A stretch of 64,000 nt of DNA from Octopus sinensis (GCF_006345805.1 NC_043006.1:12462001-12526000); one strand, 5' to 3'. Shown: positions 51,261-64,000, numbered from the stretch's first letter. Notes: a model not told the origin generated them from the sequence alone. Translations and numbers: made by a program.

Positions 51261-51680
51261 CTGGACATAGGGGTCACACAGAAGAGCTAGGAAGAAGGGA
51301 AGATATTAAAGTAGTGGTGATTCCAAAATGAAATGGAAATCTGAAGTTGCAAGGTGCAGCGAATATGGAGGATGCCACAAAAATCCCCAGCCAAGCCCCG
51401 GTGTCTTCTACTGAGTCTCCAAAGAAGCGTGCTGGATAAATCATGTACAAATGTTGCTGTAGTCGTTGTTGCTGCTGTGGTTGCGATGGTTGTGGTTATA
51501 TAGCAGCATGTTCCCCTGGAGTGTTTAGGTCTCTAGATCAAATATCCTCCAACCAGGACTATTCGAACGTTTATGGTAATACATACCCTGAATTATACTA
51601 CATAGTATCATTATTACGGTATAATATGAATACGGTAGTAATACGGCAGCAAATGGAGAGAGATTTTGATGCTAGTTCAG

Positions 51681-51863
51681 GCAAATGAAGCTCTTTCTTT
51701 GACGGAGAGAAACGCTACCAACTCTACCGATTCTTCTTCCAAGAATGGTTATGTACCTACACCAATGTTAGAAATCAATATATTAATACATGGCATTGTA
51801 CTAGCCATTGTACTAAGCTCTCTACTTTGGTGTTTTCCTTTTCAGCATATGTTATTTCCGTAG
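51681..51863 (+). CDS. Candidate terminal exon with N-glycosylation sequons and a hydrophobic C-terminus
   Basis: ANEALSLTERNATNSTDSSSKNG...ILIHGIVLAIVLSSLLWCFPF...stop. The acceptor GTTCAG|G is weak. Confidence 0.25.
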   Translation, partial: ANEALSLTERNATNSTDSSSKNGYVPTPMLEINILIHGIVLAIVLSSLLWCFPFQHMLFP

Positions 51864-52274
51864 GTTGTATTAGTAATTTATAGATACACTCACAGGTTGC
51901 TGAGATATTCTGTTTTAGTTTCCTGTAAATATGTATATATCTTATTTAAAATTTATTCCTTTGAGTTTGAAAATTAACAATTGTTTTTCTATATTCTCAT
52001 TACAACTTGATCAGAGACTTGTGTTCTACTATAGATGTTTCTTTCTTTATGCTATTGATATATTTTTTCTCCTGTATCCTATGATTGCTGTTTCGTTGTT
52101 TACCAGTGGATTTCGTACACTATATGTTTACCGTCAGATTTGTATTCTTTCATTTAATCTCAAAAAATTTCAGTGTGGAAAATATCGTCGTCTCGCTTGT
52201 TGAGATATTTAGAATATAAGAATAAAGTAATTTTTCAAAACATGTTTCGAAAGCAAAATATTATTAGGCAAATA

Positions 52275-52318
<44 letters not shown>

Positions 52319-52361
52319 CATGTATATATGTACATGTATATATGTACATGTATATTATATG

Positions 52362-52413
<52 letters not shown>

Positions 52414-52489
52414 AATATACATGTATATATGTACATGTATAATTATATGTATATATATATATATATATATTTATATACACATAGACATA

Positions 52490-52566
<77 letters not shown>

Positions 52567-54540
52567 CATATAATATACGATATTATATAAATATATATAT
52601 ATACATGTATATAATACATAGAGAGAACGGGATGTGTGTTTGTGTCTGTCGATATATATAATGTATATGTATATATATAATATATTTATGTGTGTGCATG
52701 TGTATGTATATGTACAAATGTATAAATCTATACATACATATATGCGGATTCTGTGCGTAAACATGCATGGGTAGAAAGAGGAAACAAAATTAAAAAATGG
52801 AAGAAATAACCGCTGTACTCTATTCGTTCGTATGTTTTGTCTGCATTTCTCATCCACAGCTATTTATATATTTTACACCATAACGATCATACTGCACCGA
52901 TAATTGACTTGCTTTTTCAACTATATTTGAAAAGCAACGCTATCCTTTTACCAATACCCTTATTATCAGGAAGTCATCTTTATAATTTTAAAATTTATTG
53001 GTATCCCAGCAACGTTATTCCTGCTTTCTTCCTGACAATGTTTTATTTTTTTTTGTTGTTGCTGCCTTTGTTCTTGTATGTGAAATATTTTTAATAGACC
53101 CTACTACTACTACTACCGCTACCACAGCCGTCGCCGCCAACGCCGCCTCCACAACCACCATTATTGTTATTTCTTTTTGTCTGTATTCAGAAAGATGACC
53201 ATAAAATATTCTCTATTGAGATAGTATGATTATTTATGTTTTAATGACATCGACTACAAAAGTTGAGAACAACCAAAGGAGGAGACGATAAATAATGAAT
53301 AACAAACTCTCAAACAGAAAGCCCCTTTTTTTCGGAGAGAAAAATACGAACCAGAGAAGAATACTTTTTCTTTTAACAAAAAATAAAAACCTTTTGTGGT
53401 TTTTCATTAAAGCTGTGAAATGATTTTACTTCAAATTTTCCATTTCGGTGATATATGATACAATGCAATGCTATTGCAATTTATCTGTCAAAATTAATCT
53501 TGATGAAGCAGAGTTTTATAAAAGTAATAGCAATATTCTATATAGATTCTATTTTAGATAAAATAATAAAAAATATCGTTCACTAAGCATGAAAGATACG
53601 GCTTGAAGGGCGTTTATATTATACACAATAAAAAGCATCCTACGATATAAAAAATAAAATTATATCATTTGAACACGAAACAGTGGTTTGGGAAATTCTA
53701 TTTTATTCGTATCAAGCTTTGATTGAAACAAATTGGTTACAAGCGCAATAAGAAAACGAGCATTTGGCAGACGAATTTTATGTCCGACTATTCAATATTT
53801 CTGGACAAATCTAGAATATCAGTAAACAAGAAGCTATCTAGCAATTACGCCTTGTTTCTTTAATTAAACTGCCTAGCATAAATCTCCAAATAACTCTTTA
53901 CCTAAACCATTTCTTATCTTGCGATAACAGTGCATAGACGAAATTCAATATGTTCTCTCGTCAAAGACAACGTTATCAACTATAATCACTCACTACAAAG
54001 ACGCCCACGTTTCATGCATATACGCTATATCCTGTACAAAATATGAGCAATAATATTGCATTTGATAGCGTCTAATTATTATCGATAAATCTATGTTACA
54101 ACGTTTACCCTGTCAAGACTTATGATGTGAATAAATTGTTCTGAGTTTGCAGACATGTCTATTCTTTTAATTCAAGGCATTCTTCTTCCTCTGTAAGTGC
54201 CTATTCGGCAATGGTTATGGTAATGGAATATAATTATCTTCTCGTCAATTTCTTTGTGTTGTGGATAGAGTATTTGTTCCGAATCCTATCGTGTAATCAA
54301 TATAATTGTACTGTTATTATGATTATTATTGTTATCATTATTATTATTATTATTATTGCTGCTGCTGTTGTTGTTGCTGCTGTTAGCATCGTCGCGTTTC
54401 TCTAACACGATTGGATCTTTGGATTTGCTTTTGCCACATTCCAAGCAACGCCATTTATTATTTCTTCTCCAGGTCTTCATTGAATTACATTTAGCCGCTG
54501 CGAAGTAAACAGACGTTGCTGTATATATATATATATATAT

Positions 54541-54768
54541 TGTTTTTGTTTGTTTTTGTTTTTCCAGTTTCAGCTCTTGAGCTGTGGCCATGCTGGGGCA
54601 CCGCCATTGTGGTGAAAGAGTACAGCAGGATCACCACCCCCTGCCAGAGCCTCGTAGAGCTTTTAGGTGTTTTCGCTCAATAAACACACACAACGCCCAG
54701 TCTGAGAATCGAAACCTCGATCCTGCGACCGCGAGTCCGCTGCCCTAACCACTAGGCCATTGCGCCTC

Positions 54769-54770
<2 letters not shown>
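54541..54770 (-). mobile_element. Chimeric SINE (A head and body plus B-like tail), second copy
   Basis: Near-identical reverse complement of 28701-28945, including the fusion point. Confidence 0.85.
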
Positions 54771-54812
<42 letters not shown>

Positions 54813-54837
54813 ATATATATATATAGATATATATATA

Positions 54838-54876
<39 letters not shown>

Positions 54877-54958
54877 CATATATGTATATGTAATATATAT
54901 ATATATATATATACATTTTTTTTTTATTGGCTAAACTGGCAAAATGACCATTCCTAAT

Positions 54959-54994
<36 letters not shown>

Positions 54995-55620
54995 CGTAGA
55001 CAGATAGATAGATCGATTTTATTTTGTTTATCTATGCGTCTATTTCTGGAAAACGAAATAAGAAGAAAATATTGCAAGCGAGAAGTTTCAAACATCAAAC
55101 TGCGTGTAATCTTTGGCATAGATATCACTGTAAATTTACCCCAGGAAAAACAAGCAAAATATTAAATCATTGATATCACCGGTCATGGAAAGCTTGCAAA
55201 TATCATGAGTACAAATACACCTCCCAGAGAAAATGTTGTACAATAATAAGTAGTGTTATTATTTACTTGGCTGTTTCAATAGTTTTTGGTTTTATGTTCA
55301 CCACATTACACATTTTCTAAATTCATAATCTATACAGGATTGGCAGTTCATTAATTATATGTTACCATTAAAATTATTTGGTGGTACAATGATCATATCG
55401 ATATTTTCTTGAAAATGTCTCCGGGAGGTATTCCTGGGCATAGCCAGAGATAAAACTTACGATGAAAAATACTTATTTTACCAACTGTATCTTGTGCTCT
55501 TAGCAGTAGTTTATTGTTGGAATTTTAATCAAAACAAGTACTAAAATTAACCACAATTTATCTCCACGTTGTTTTTGATTTATTTATGGCATCGATTCAT
55601 GACGTTAGATATCCATGTTT

Positions 55621-55777
55621 GCAGGAGTGGCTGTGTGGTAAGAAGCTTGCTTCTCAACCACATGGTTCCAACATCAGTCCCACAGCGTGGCACCTTGGGC
55701 AAGTGACTCCCACTATGGCCTCAGGCCGACCAAACTTTGTGAGTGGATTTGGTACACTGAAATTGAAAGGAGCCCTT

Positions 55778-55811
<34 letters not shown>

Positions 55812-56295
55812 GAGAGAGATTCATATGAATATGGTACTTAAGTTAAAGGCACCAGAATTTTGTATGGTATTATTCACATAAATCAAATGGAGTGACTATA
55901 ATCAAAATAAGCAACAAGGATATCCAAGGTAGCGTAGTACAATTGTTTCATGCTGAAACAAAAAGTAGCATGAAACAATTCTACTACTCTACCTTGGATA
56001 TCCTTGTTGCTTATTTATATATATATATATATATATACGCAGCAAATTAAAATGATTCCCAATCAAAAGTGCAAAAACGACGTACTCCGAAGAAATGCAT
56101 TGTATGTATATGTGACAACTGTTGATGGTGTGTTTACGACATCGTAACTTAGCAGTTGGTGAAAAAAGCTGATAGAATAAGTGACAGGCTTAAAGAAATA
56201 GAACCTGGTGTCGATTTGCTCGACTAAAACACTTCAAGGCAGTACATCAGCATGGCCGCAGTCAATTGACTGAACCAAGTACAAGAGTAAAAAGA
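55621..56295 (+). mobile_element. SINE type B, diverged, with an insert in its internal microsatellite
   Basis: The head and core lie at about 55621-55780 and the 3' half at about 56100-56295. Confidence 0.7.
55905..56016. repeat. 50-bp inverted repeat with 12-nt loop
   Basis: 55905-55954 versus the reverse complement of 55967-56016: 48/50 identity. Confidence 0.9.
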
Positions 56296-56680
56296 GCAAA
56301 ACAATGCAATTAATTAAGAGGTTACCTCTACAATATCTATTGGCTGAGTAGTTGTAGTGTCCCTAATATGCACCACGGATTATGTGCATTTTCATCTGGA
56401 AGGTTGCCCGAATCATAAAAGGTAAGTACTATTTGCTTTGTTCGGTTCAGCGATGCGCTGACTACTTATACATCCTGAGGTCCTACACATTTTATTACAA
56501 ACATGCTTCTGCTTAAGGAAGATAGCCTCATTTTGAAAGTAAGCACACATTAAACGAATCCACACACCACAATTTGAAAACAAATAATCATTTGTGTCAA
56601 CAGATATATACACATTTGCTGAAGCAACAGTGGGAAATAAACGGCGCTCCTTTCAACACGCACACACTATATCTCTCTCC

Positions 56681-56725
<45 letters not shown>

Positions 56726-57327
56726 CCTCTCAGGCACACACTCACACTTAGACGAACACACACATATATACTTATGTATTTGACAACGTTTATTTAATGT
56801 AAAAAGAGGTAAATAAATATTTTGCCATCTTGTTTCTATAGAAACATTTGATGGTATTATAAATGTGAAGAATTTCAAAAGAGCAATTGTAACAATTCCT
56901 GCTATTTCTAAGAGATAATATTGATTTCTTTTGTGACAATCGCTATTGTTTTTCTTGCAATATATTCCAGGTGAGATCTGCATGAGCTGAGCTACGATCA
57001 AAGTCATCCCATTTGTGACTCATTGTATTTTTTCACACAAAGTATCTAGGACTATGTTATCAAATGTGACCCTTTCTCCCTGACTTTATGACAGTGGACC
57101 ATGATCTAAAGAGTTTTCGTTTCTAATTCTAGCAGGGTGAGCAACCACATAATGTTTCTCTCATTGGCAGGTCACTTGTTGTGAGCAGTTGTTGTTTAAT
57201 CCCAAGTCAATCCGCATCGAAAACAGTTCCAATAAAATGTATTTCAACCGTGAAAATACTGTCTATTTTTTTTTACCATTTAGTCTGCAGGGAATGGAAG
57301 CGCCAATGTTCTTTAATTTTTTTTCAG

Positions 57328-57447
57328 GATTCTCAACTATTATGTGAAAACGAAAGGAAGTTACCATCAAGACAAAAACTTAGCCCAAATAATTGCAACA
57401 AAATGAGATTTGCTAAATTCACACAAGTACCAAAAAAGATGTCTTAA
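57328..57447 (+). CDS. Candidate terminal exon
   Basis: Very strong acceptor TTCTTTAATTTTTTTTCAG|G. Two frames stay open for 25-39 codons (ILNYYVKTKGSYHQDKNLAQIIATK* or DSQLLCENERKLP...). Frame unresolved. Confidence 0.2.
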   Translation, partial: DSQLLCENERKLPSRQKLSPNNCNKMRFAKFTQVPKKMS

Positions 57448-58142
57448 ACAAGACGGTCACTTAAGTCTACCATCGAAGAAATCAGGACGCAAAGAACGAG
57501 AACATATTCTACAAAGAATAGGAAGCCTTCACAATCGTGCTGATCCACTGTTCTGAAAATATGAAAGACAAAAATTGACATTGGTGAGGTTCGAACTCAG
57601 AGCGCTGAGAATAAATACGCTAGAGACATCCATTCTCTAGCGTGATTAATCCTTGCATAATACGCCAAGGAATGATTTGTTAGTGATTTCACTGTATTTT
57701 ATAGAAGATCCATCGTCTTCTTGGAGCCTCCATAGATCGAATTGAGTGTTGAAAGTCAAAGGGTACGCTCCCTATAATAGAGACCACGACACGGTTTCAA
57801 TCCTTTTTGAATCAATGTCACCCTCGTAGTCGCCAGTAAAACCTTTCAAAAATACATGAACTTCTCGTATTTCAGCTTTCATTGACCTACGAATTACAAA
57901 ACCAAAAAGTATCACCGACTTTGATTGATTTCTTGCTATTAGACAAAATCTAATTAATAAAATGGAGAAGCAAAGTCTGGTGAATAGAATACAATATAAT
58001 AAAAGTATTATTTCATCGCGAATACGACCCTGATGTATTCAAACTTGAAATTTGAAACAAGTTTATAGAGTCAAATGAGAAAATCAAAAAGGAAAAAACA
58101 TTCCAAGTAGTACTGAAGCATTTGTGCCAAAGAAGCAAAATA

Positions 58143-58398
58143 TACAAGGGGGTGCTGACAAGTTCCTGGCTTTAAGGATATCGCGAAAGGCTTGGTTGGA
58201 AGTTCAACTTTCCGAGTTCTTTTATGGGGCTTAGAAACACAGAACTGCTGCAATAAGTGTGTGGATCAGAGAAGGGAATACGTTGAATATAGGAGGTGGT
58301 GTTGAAAAGTCCTTCACTTTGGGTAAAAGAAAATGTAGGAGGATCCATCTACATTTTCTTTTACTCAAAGTCAAGGACTTTTAAACCCACCCCCCATA
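58143..58398. mobile_element. Mariner-type non-autonomous remnants / MITE
   Basis: TIR-like GGGGGTGCTGACAAGTTCCTGGCTTT after TA at about 58145. A related pair of inverted copies bounds a palindromic segment at about 58290-58398. Confidence 0.6.
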
Positions 58399-58819
58399 CG
58401 GAATAAATTTATAATAGTTTGAGAAGATTATTTTCTGTATCATATTTGCCCTGTTTATATGATGGTGAGCTCCAGCATGATATAATTAAGAGCCATTACG
58501 AAAATTGGTAAAGATCCCCCACTCCAGGGCAGAACTCATGATTTTTTTTTCCAGGAGCGAAGAAAAAGAAACTTTAGCAATTATCTGGAAGTGTATTTAT
58601 CGAATCCATTATGACAAAAGGCAAAGTCGGTCAACACGACTTGAAACCAAAAAAAAAAGCCTTAACGAAATCAAAAAGCATTAAAGAATTGCATCCGACA
58701 GGTTATTGATCCTGGCAGCCAACAACTTTCGTTTATTATTTACATATTATTATATTAAGTTTGCATGTGTGTGTGTGTGCATACATACATACATACATAC
58801 AAATATATATGTATATATA

Positions 58820-59005
58820 GGGAGAGTTTACGAAAAAAACAAAAGACAAAGACAGGTGGTGTACAAAACAAACAGACGTATTAGTATAACGCTCCGGAAT
58901 AGAAAATATCTTTTACGTTTCGAGCCTACGCTCTTCTACAGAAAGGGACACAGAAAAAAACAAGGAGAGAAACAAGGAGAGAAAAAAATGTGTTGTGGCT
59001 AACGA
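58820..59005 (-). mobile_element. Penelope-like repeat with minimal hammerhead motif
   Basis: The minus strand reads CTTT-CTGTAGA-A-GAGC-GTAG-GCTC-GAAA-CG-TA-AAAG (58909-58945). Confidence 0.6.
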
Positions 59006-59260
59006 TACGCAATGGCCCAGTGGTTAGGGTACCTCACTCGCGGTCGTAGGATCGCGGTTTCGATTCACAGACAAACGTTGTGAGTGTTTATTGAGCGAAA
59101 ACACCTAAAAGTCTTTCGCCACAACTTTCTCTCACTCTTCCTTCTGTTGGCTTGCTCGCTTAGCCAGCGGGGTGGCGTCATTTGAAGGGTAAAACAACGC
59201 GAAGCGCATTGTGACCAGCGATGTGTAGCAACATCTGATAGCCCGATCTGTCACGGTGAT
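59006..59260 (+). mobile_element. SINE with type A head and a third, distinct 3' tail
   Basis: GCAATGGCCCAGTGGTTAGG head and A body to CACAACTTTCTCTCACTCTT, then CTTGCTCGCTTAGCCAGCGGGGTGGCGTC...GTCACGGTGATA. Confidence 0.75.
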
Positions 59261-59379
59261 ATATATATATATATATATATACACACAATTACTTTTAGGA
59301 TTCATTTGAATGAAGTTATTTTCAATATAAGGGACAACAAGCGAAGGTCGACATCTTTTTCTTTTTCTTTTTTTCTTTT

Positions 59380-59581
59380 TACTGTTTCAGTCATTTGACT
59401 GCGGCCATGCTGGAGCACCGCCTTTAATCGAGCAATCGACCCCGGGACTTATTCTTTTTTAAGTCCAGTACTTATTCTATCGGTCTCTTTTACCGAACCG
59501 CTAGTAACGGGAACATAAACACACCAGCATCGTTTGTCAAGCAATGCTAGGGGGACAAACGCACTCACACAAACACACACA

Positions 59582-59616
<35 letters not shown>

Positions 59617-59780
59617 TATACGACGTGCTTCTTCAGTTTCCGTCTACCAAATCCACTCACAAGGCTTGGTCGGCCCGAGGCTATAGCAGAAGACCTTGCC
59701 CAAGATGCCACGCAGTGGGACTGAACCCGGAACCATGTGGTTGGTTAGCAAGCTACTTACCACACAGCCACTCCTACGCC
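59380..59780 (-). mobile_element. SINE type B
   Basis: Reverse complement, near full length. Confidence 0.85.
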
Positions 59781-61014
59781 TATCTGTGTATATACCGTAT
59801 ACAAACACGCCTATATATCCCCACCCACACCATCATGCAGTTTCACGAATCAAGACAGACAGACAGCAACATAGTTTGATGGATAGATACATAAAGACGT
59901 TTATATTATGCATCATATGGTATTCTATATTATACCTCTATATTATTACGACCAGCCTATTATGTATACTTATACACTATCAGTCTCGAGATGCTTCAAA
60001 TTCAATCTCAATTCTGCCCAACTTTTCCGTCTTGGCTAAAATCGTTTAACTAAATCGTTTTCCTGTCGTCATGGAGACGATCCCAGTAAATTTTTCCGAT
60101 TCCGTGGATACCACTCGGCAACTACACGGATCCATTTCTTGTCTGCGCGACATGTGCGGAGAGGACATTTTACTGTTCAACTTAGAGATTATATCCGTAA
60201 AGCTTGGGCTAGCCATATATCTATAGCATGTATGAATGTCTGTATATATGAGTGTATGCATGCATGCTTGCATGTGTGTATGTATTATATCTGTACTTGT
60301 ATGTATATGTGCGTATGCATATGGTGGCGTGAACACGTGCCTCAGGTTGTAACAAGTATAATGATAAACTTCATGACGTAATATGTTGCTCTCGCCTTGG
60401 GTCGACCAAAAGCTATCAAAAATTGAAATTGTTTGCTAGGAAACGCTGTTTTCCAAATATTAGGACGAGTGTATGATTGTAATTTTCTCGCCAGAAGACG
60501 CATTCTGACAATCAGTTTTATAATAAGTTTGAATAAAGAAATTGCGTTGACGAAAACTACCTGGGGGATAAAAACGATGGCAAAAGGATACGATAAGACG
60601 CTAATTATATGCTAAAGTTAGCAAACACTGTATATAAACTGCATCCCTGAGAAATATATTTTTTAATTTGCTAATATCATCTCTCCTCCTGTGTACGAAA
60701 TATGGCATTTTATTAGGTTGGATTTACGCTATTTTCATATTAAGTTAAACGAAGAATTTGTGCTCTAAAGCGTAGTAGGTATCTCGATTGAAGCTGTTTC
60801 CTAATGGTGTGATAGTTTGTCGATTAGTTTAACAAAAGTTTTCAAATATCAGGACGTAGATGCCCTCATTCTTACATTACCGAAACAGTATAAATGCGTC
60901 TCGAAAACTACGTCATTTCTGCGCAAATCCATCATGCAATGCCATAGAAACACATACGTATAACACACATTCAGAAAAGTAAATACACCGACACTTGCTT
61001 TAGTGTTTCTATGT

Positions 61015-61530
61015 AATCTCGGGCCGACCAGAGACTTGTGAGTGGACTTGGTTGATAGAAACAGAAAGAAGCCCGCCATACATATCCATCCGGCTGTGTG
61101 TTTGTGTGTTTGTGTGTGTATGTGTGTGTGTGAGTGTGTGTGTGTGTGTGCATGTGTGTGTGTGCATGTGTGTGTGTGTGTGTGCATGTGTATGTGTGCA
61201 TGTGTGTGTGCATGTGTGTGTGCATGTGTGTGTATACATGTGTGTGGTGTGTGTGCATATGTATGTGTGCATGTGTATGTGTGCATATGTGTGTGTGCAT
61301 GTATGTGTGTGCATGTGTGTGTGTATGTGTGTTTGCCTGTCCTCCACCACTGCTTGACAGCCGGTGTTCGTGTGTTTAGGTGCTCGTAGCCTAGCGGTTC
61401 GGCGAAAAAGATCGCGAGAATCAGCACCATACTCTAAAAATTTTGTACTGGTGTTGCTTCGACAAAAAAATTCATCAAAGTGGTGCTGTAGCATGGCCGC
61501 AGTCAGATGACTAAAACATGTGAAAGATAT
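61015..61530 (+). mobile_element. Old type B-like SINE, 5'-truncated, with expanded (TG)n(TGCA) tract
   Basis: Core GGCCGACCAGAGACTTGTGAGTGG and tail AGCATGGCCGCAGTCAG. Confidence 0.7.
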
Positions 61531-61932
61531 GCATGCATTTGTATGCTGAGCGAACATGTGTTTGTACATGTCTGTATTCGGTAAATATATATGCAGGTGA
61601 GAGAGGTATATAACGTGATGCTTGCTTATTAATATGATAAACCCAAAGTGTCCTAAATCAGCGAGAATGAAATATCATTTCAGTAATGCAGAAGCTATTT
61701 AACGTTTCAGGCTCGAAAAGAGATATATTTCGATGCGCCTTATAGTGAATGCCTTTAAATGTTGGACTTTATGCGCATTAAACTTGAAATTGCTCATATA
61801 TATATATTCTCTATTCATACAAACACATACACAAAAAGGCAGACACGCGCCAAACCATACACGCTCAAGAGTATTCATAAATTGATCTACATATATAAGT
61901 ATATATATTTACATATATAGTTATATATAGTC

Positions 61933-61974
<42 letters not shown>

Positions 61975-62282
61975 GTATGTGTGTGTGTGTGTGTGTGTGT
62001 ATACATGTATATATATATATATATACATATGTGTGTGTGAGATATGTGAATAAAAGGATAAGATCGTTAATTAAAATACCGATCATATCGTGGCTAGCAT
62101 GGGGAAAAATCTCATAGGTAATAATTATTATTAAAATTATAATTAAGTGTAATAAAGGGTATCTAAAAAATACTACAATGCTAGATATAGCAGTCAAAAC
62201 GTGGCTCTAAAACCACATAAAATGTTCATACAGCACCAGGAGAGAAGACAAAGAAACAAAATAAACTAGCAAAAAAGTATCT

Positions 62283-62545
62283 GGTTGATGGAAACAGAAA
62301 GAAGCCCATCATACATACCCAAGCGGGTGTTTGTGTGTTTTTTGTTTGTCCTCCACTACCGCTTGACAGCCGGTGTTCGTGTGATTAGGTGCTTGTAGCC
62401 TAGCAGTTCGGCGAAAAAGATCGCGAGAATCAGCAGCAGACTCTAAAAAGATTATGTCCTGGGGTTGTTTCATTTGACAAAACATTCATCAAGGTGGTGC
62501 CATAGCATGGCCGCAGTCAGACTAAAGACGTGAAAAATATGCATG
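62283..62545 (+). mobile_element. Old type B-like SINE, paralogue of 61015-61530
   Basis: Shares unusual variants and the 3' flank with the 61015 copy. Confidence 0.7.
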
Positions 62546-62639
62546 CATTTGTATGCTGAGTGAAGCGGTGTCAAACGGTGGGAGAGGACAGACAAACACA
62601 CACACACATACACACACACATGTATGACGGTTTTCTTTG

Positions 62640-62872
62640 GCGTGCTGGCAGAAACGTCAGCACGCCGGGCGAAATGCTTAGAGGTATTTCGTCTGCCGTT
62701 ACGTTCTGAGTTCAAATTCCGCCGAGGTCGACTTTGCCTTTCATCCTTTCGGGGTCGATTAAATAAAGTACCAGTTACGCACTGGGGTCGATATAATCGA
62801 CTTAATCCGCTTGTCTGTCCTTGTTTGTCCTCTCTGTGTTTAGCTCCTTGTGGGTAGTAAAGAAATAGGTTT
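62640..62872 (+). mobile_element. SINE type C, monomer
   Basis: Matches type C and ends AAGAAATAGG. Confidence 0.9.
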
Positions 62873-64000
62873 TCTTTCTGTTTTTATCAACCAATAATTT
62901 TGTGCTAGTTAATTTTGTTTCTTTGTCTTCGCTGCTGGTGCTGTATGAATAGTCGATGTGGTTTTAGAGTCAGGTTTTGACTGCTATATCTAGCATTATG
63001 GCATCTTTTAGATACCCTTAATTATAATTTTAATAATAATTATTACCTATGGGGTTTTTATTCCCATGCTGGCCACCTGATATGATCGGTATTTTAAATA
63101 ACAATCTTATTCTTATTTATATAATTTTATATATTGACTTCGTCATTATATTCACTGCGGTGGTATTTTGACCATATCGCATGAAGAGTTTATGCGGTCA
63201 GTTTAAACTGGTCGTGTGCAAACGTGCATTTATATGTGTGTATACGTACGTACACACACACATACATGGTGGTGGGTGCCTACTCCTTATGCAGAGTTTG
63301 ACCACCTCCTATATCTACACCTTAGCACCATCATGGCATCTCGTGTAGCTTTTTAAATCAGAGTATTCTGAAAAGACACCCACATAGATTGCACCTCTGA
63401 TTTTGACTGCCAAGACCTGCAGATAAGTTCTACTCTTTGTGGATCTTCAAATGTCTTTCGAGGCCTCCGTTGGATTTGCAAACCTTCTAGCATACACTGC
63501 ATTCAAAGGTGTGCACAGGCATATAGGCAGAATAGTTGGTGGAGGTTCGTTTTCCATGCTTTCACAGATGAGATTTGAGGCCAGCAAAAGACATACATAC
63601 ATGCATACATACGTACACGAATGCATACATAAATACATACATACATACATATAAGTGTATGCGTGTGTAATACATACAGTCATATATACATTAACATGCA
63701 AAGATAAAACTTTTAACATTCACATGAGCTTTTTTATGCGGAGAGTATTGAACCTATTACTTTTCCGGATAGTAAAGAATTTGAATGTTAAGAAAAATGT
63801 TGATGATTTATCCTCGTCTTGTTGACTCAGCATACTTGTGCTTGAGTGCGATAATACCAATTTTTTTCTAGATGTGATCAGCATTTTTAATGGATATTTG
63901 GAATGACATTAAGAAAATACTTTCCTTTGGCGGAATAAGCATGCGCACACATACGTACACACTAGAAGAAAGATAGATATATCGTTGTTTTATGTGGGTA

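Overview
AT-rich, repeat-dominated eukaryotic genomic DNA, most likely octopus. That assignment is inferred from the SINE families, the microsatellite load and a DD37D Tc1/mariner element; no search was run. Most ORFs in the supplied track are artefacts of microsatellites or SINEs. Supportable content: (i) dozens of copies of at least four tRNA-derived SINE types, named A-D here, which exchange heads and tails; (ii) Penelope-like repeats carrying minimal hammerhead-ribozyme motifs; (iii) fragments of RTE, L1/Tx1 and R4/NeSL-type (restriction-like endonuclease) LINEs; (iv) two DD37D (maT-type) Tc1/mariner relics, MITEs and Helitron-like non-autonomous elements; (v) one well-folding tRNA-Arg(TCT) gene and one degenerate tRNA-like sequence enclosed in long inverted repeats; (vi) a few candidate spliced exons of unidentified genes, the best at 15815-15969 (-) and 43381-43428 (+); (vii) a 100-N gap at 41966-42065. 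The most interesting signals are a composite element (tRNA head, (AAT)n, hammerhead-type tail), a repeat family with a variant hammerhead core CTGTNGA, a MITE-like foldback enclosing a tRNA-like gene, a terminator-less tRNA-Arg abutting a chimeric SINE, and several template-switch-type duplications. Coordinates were read by eye, and repeat boundaries without a target-site duplication (TSD) are approximate.
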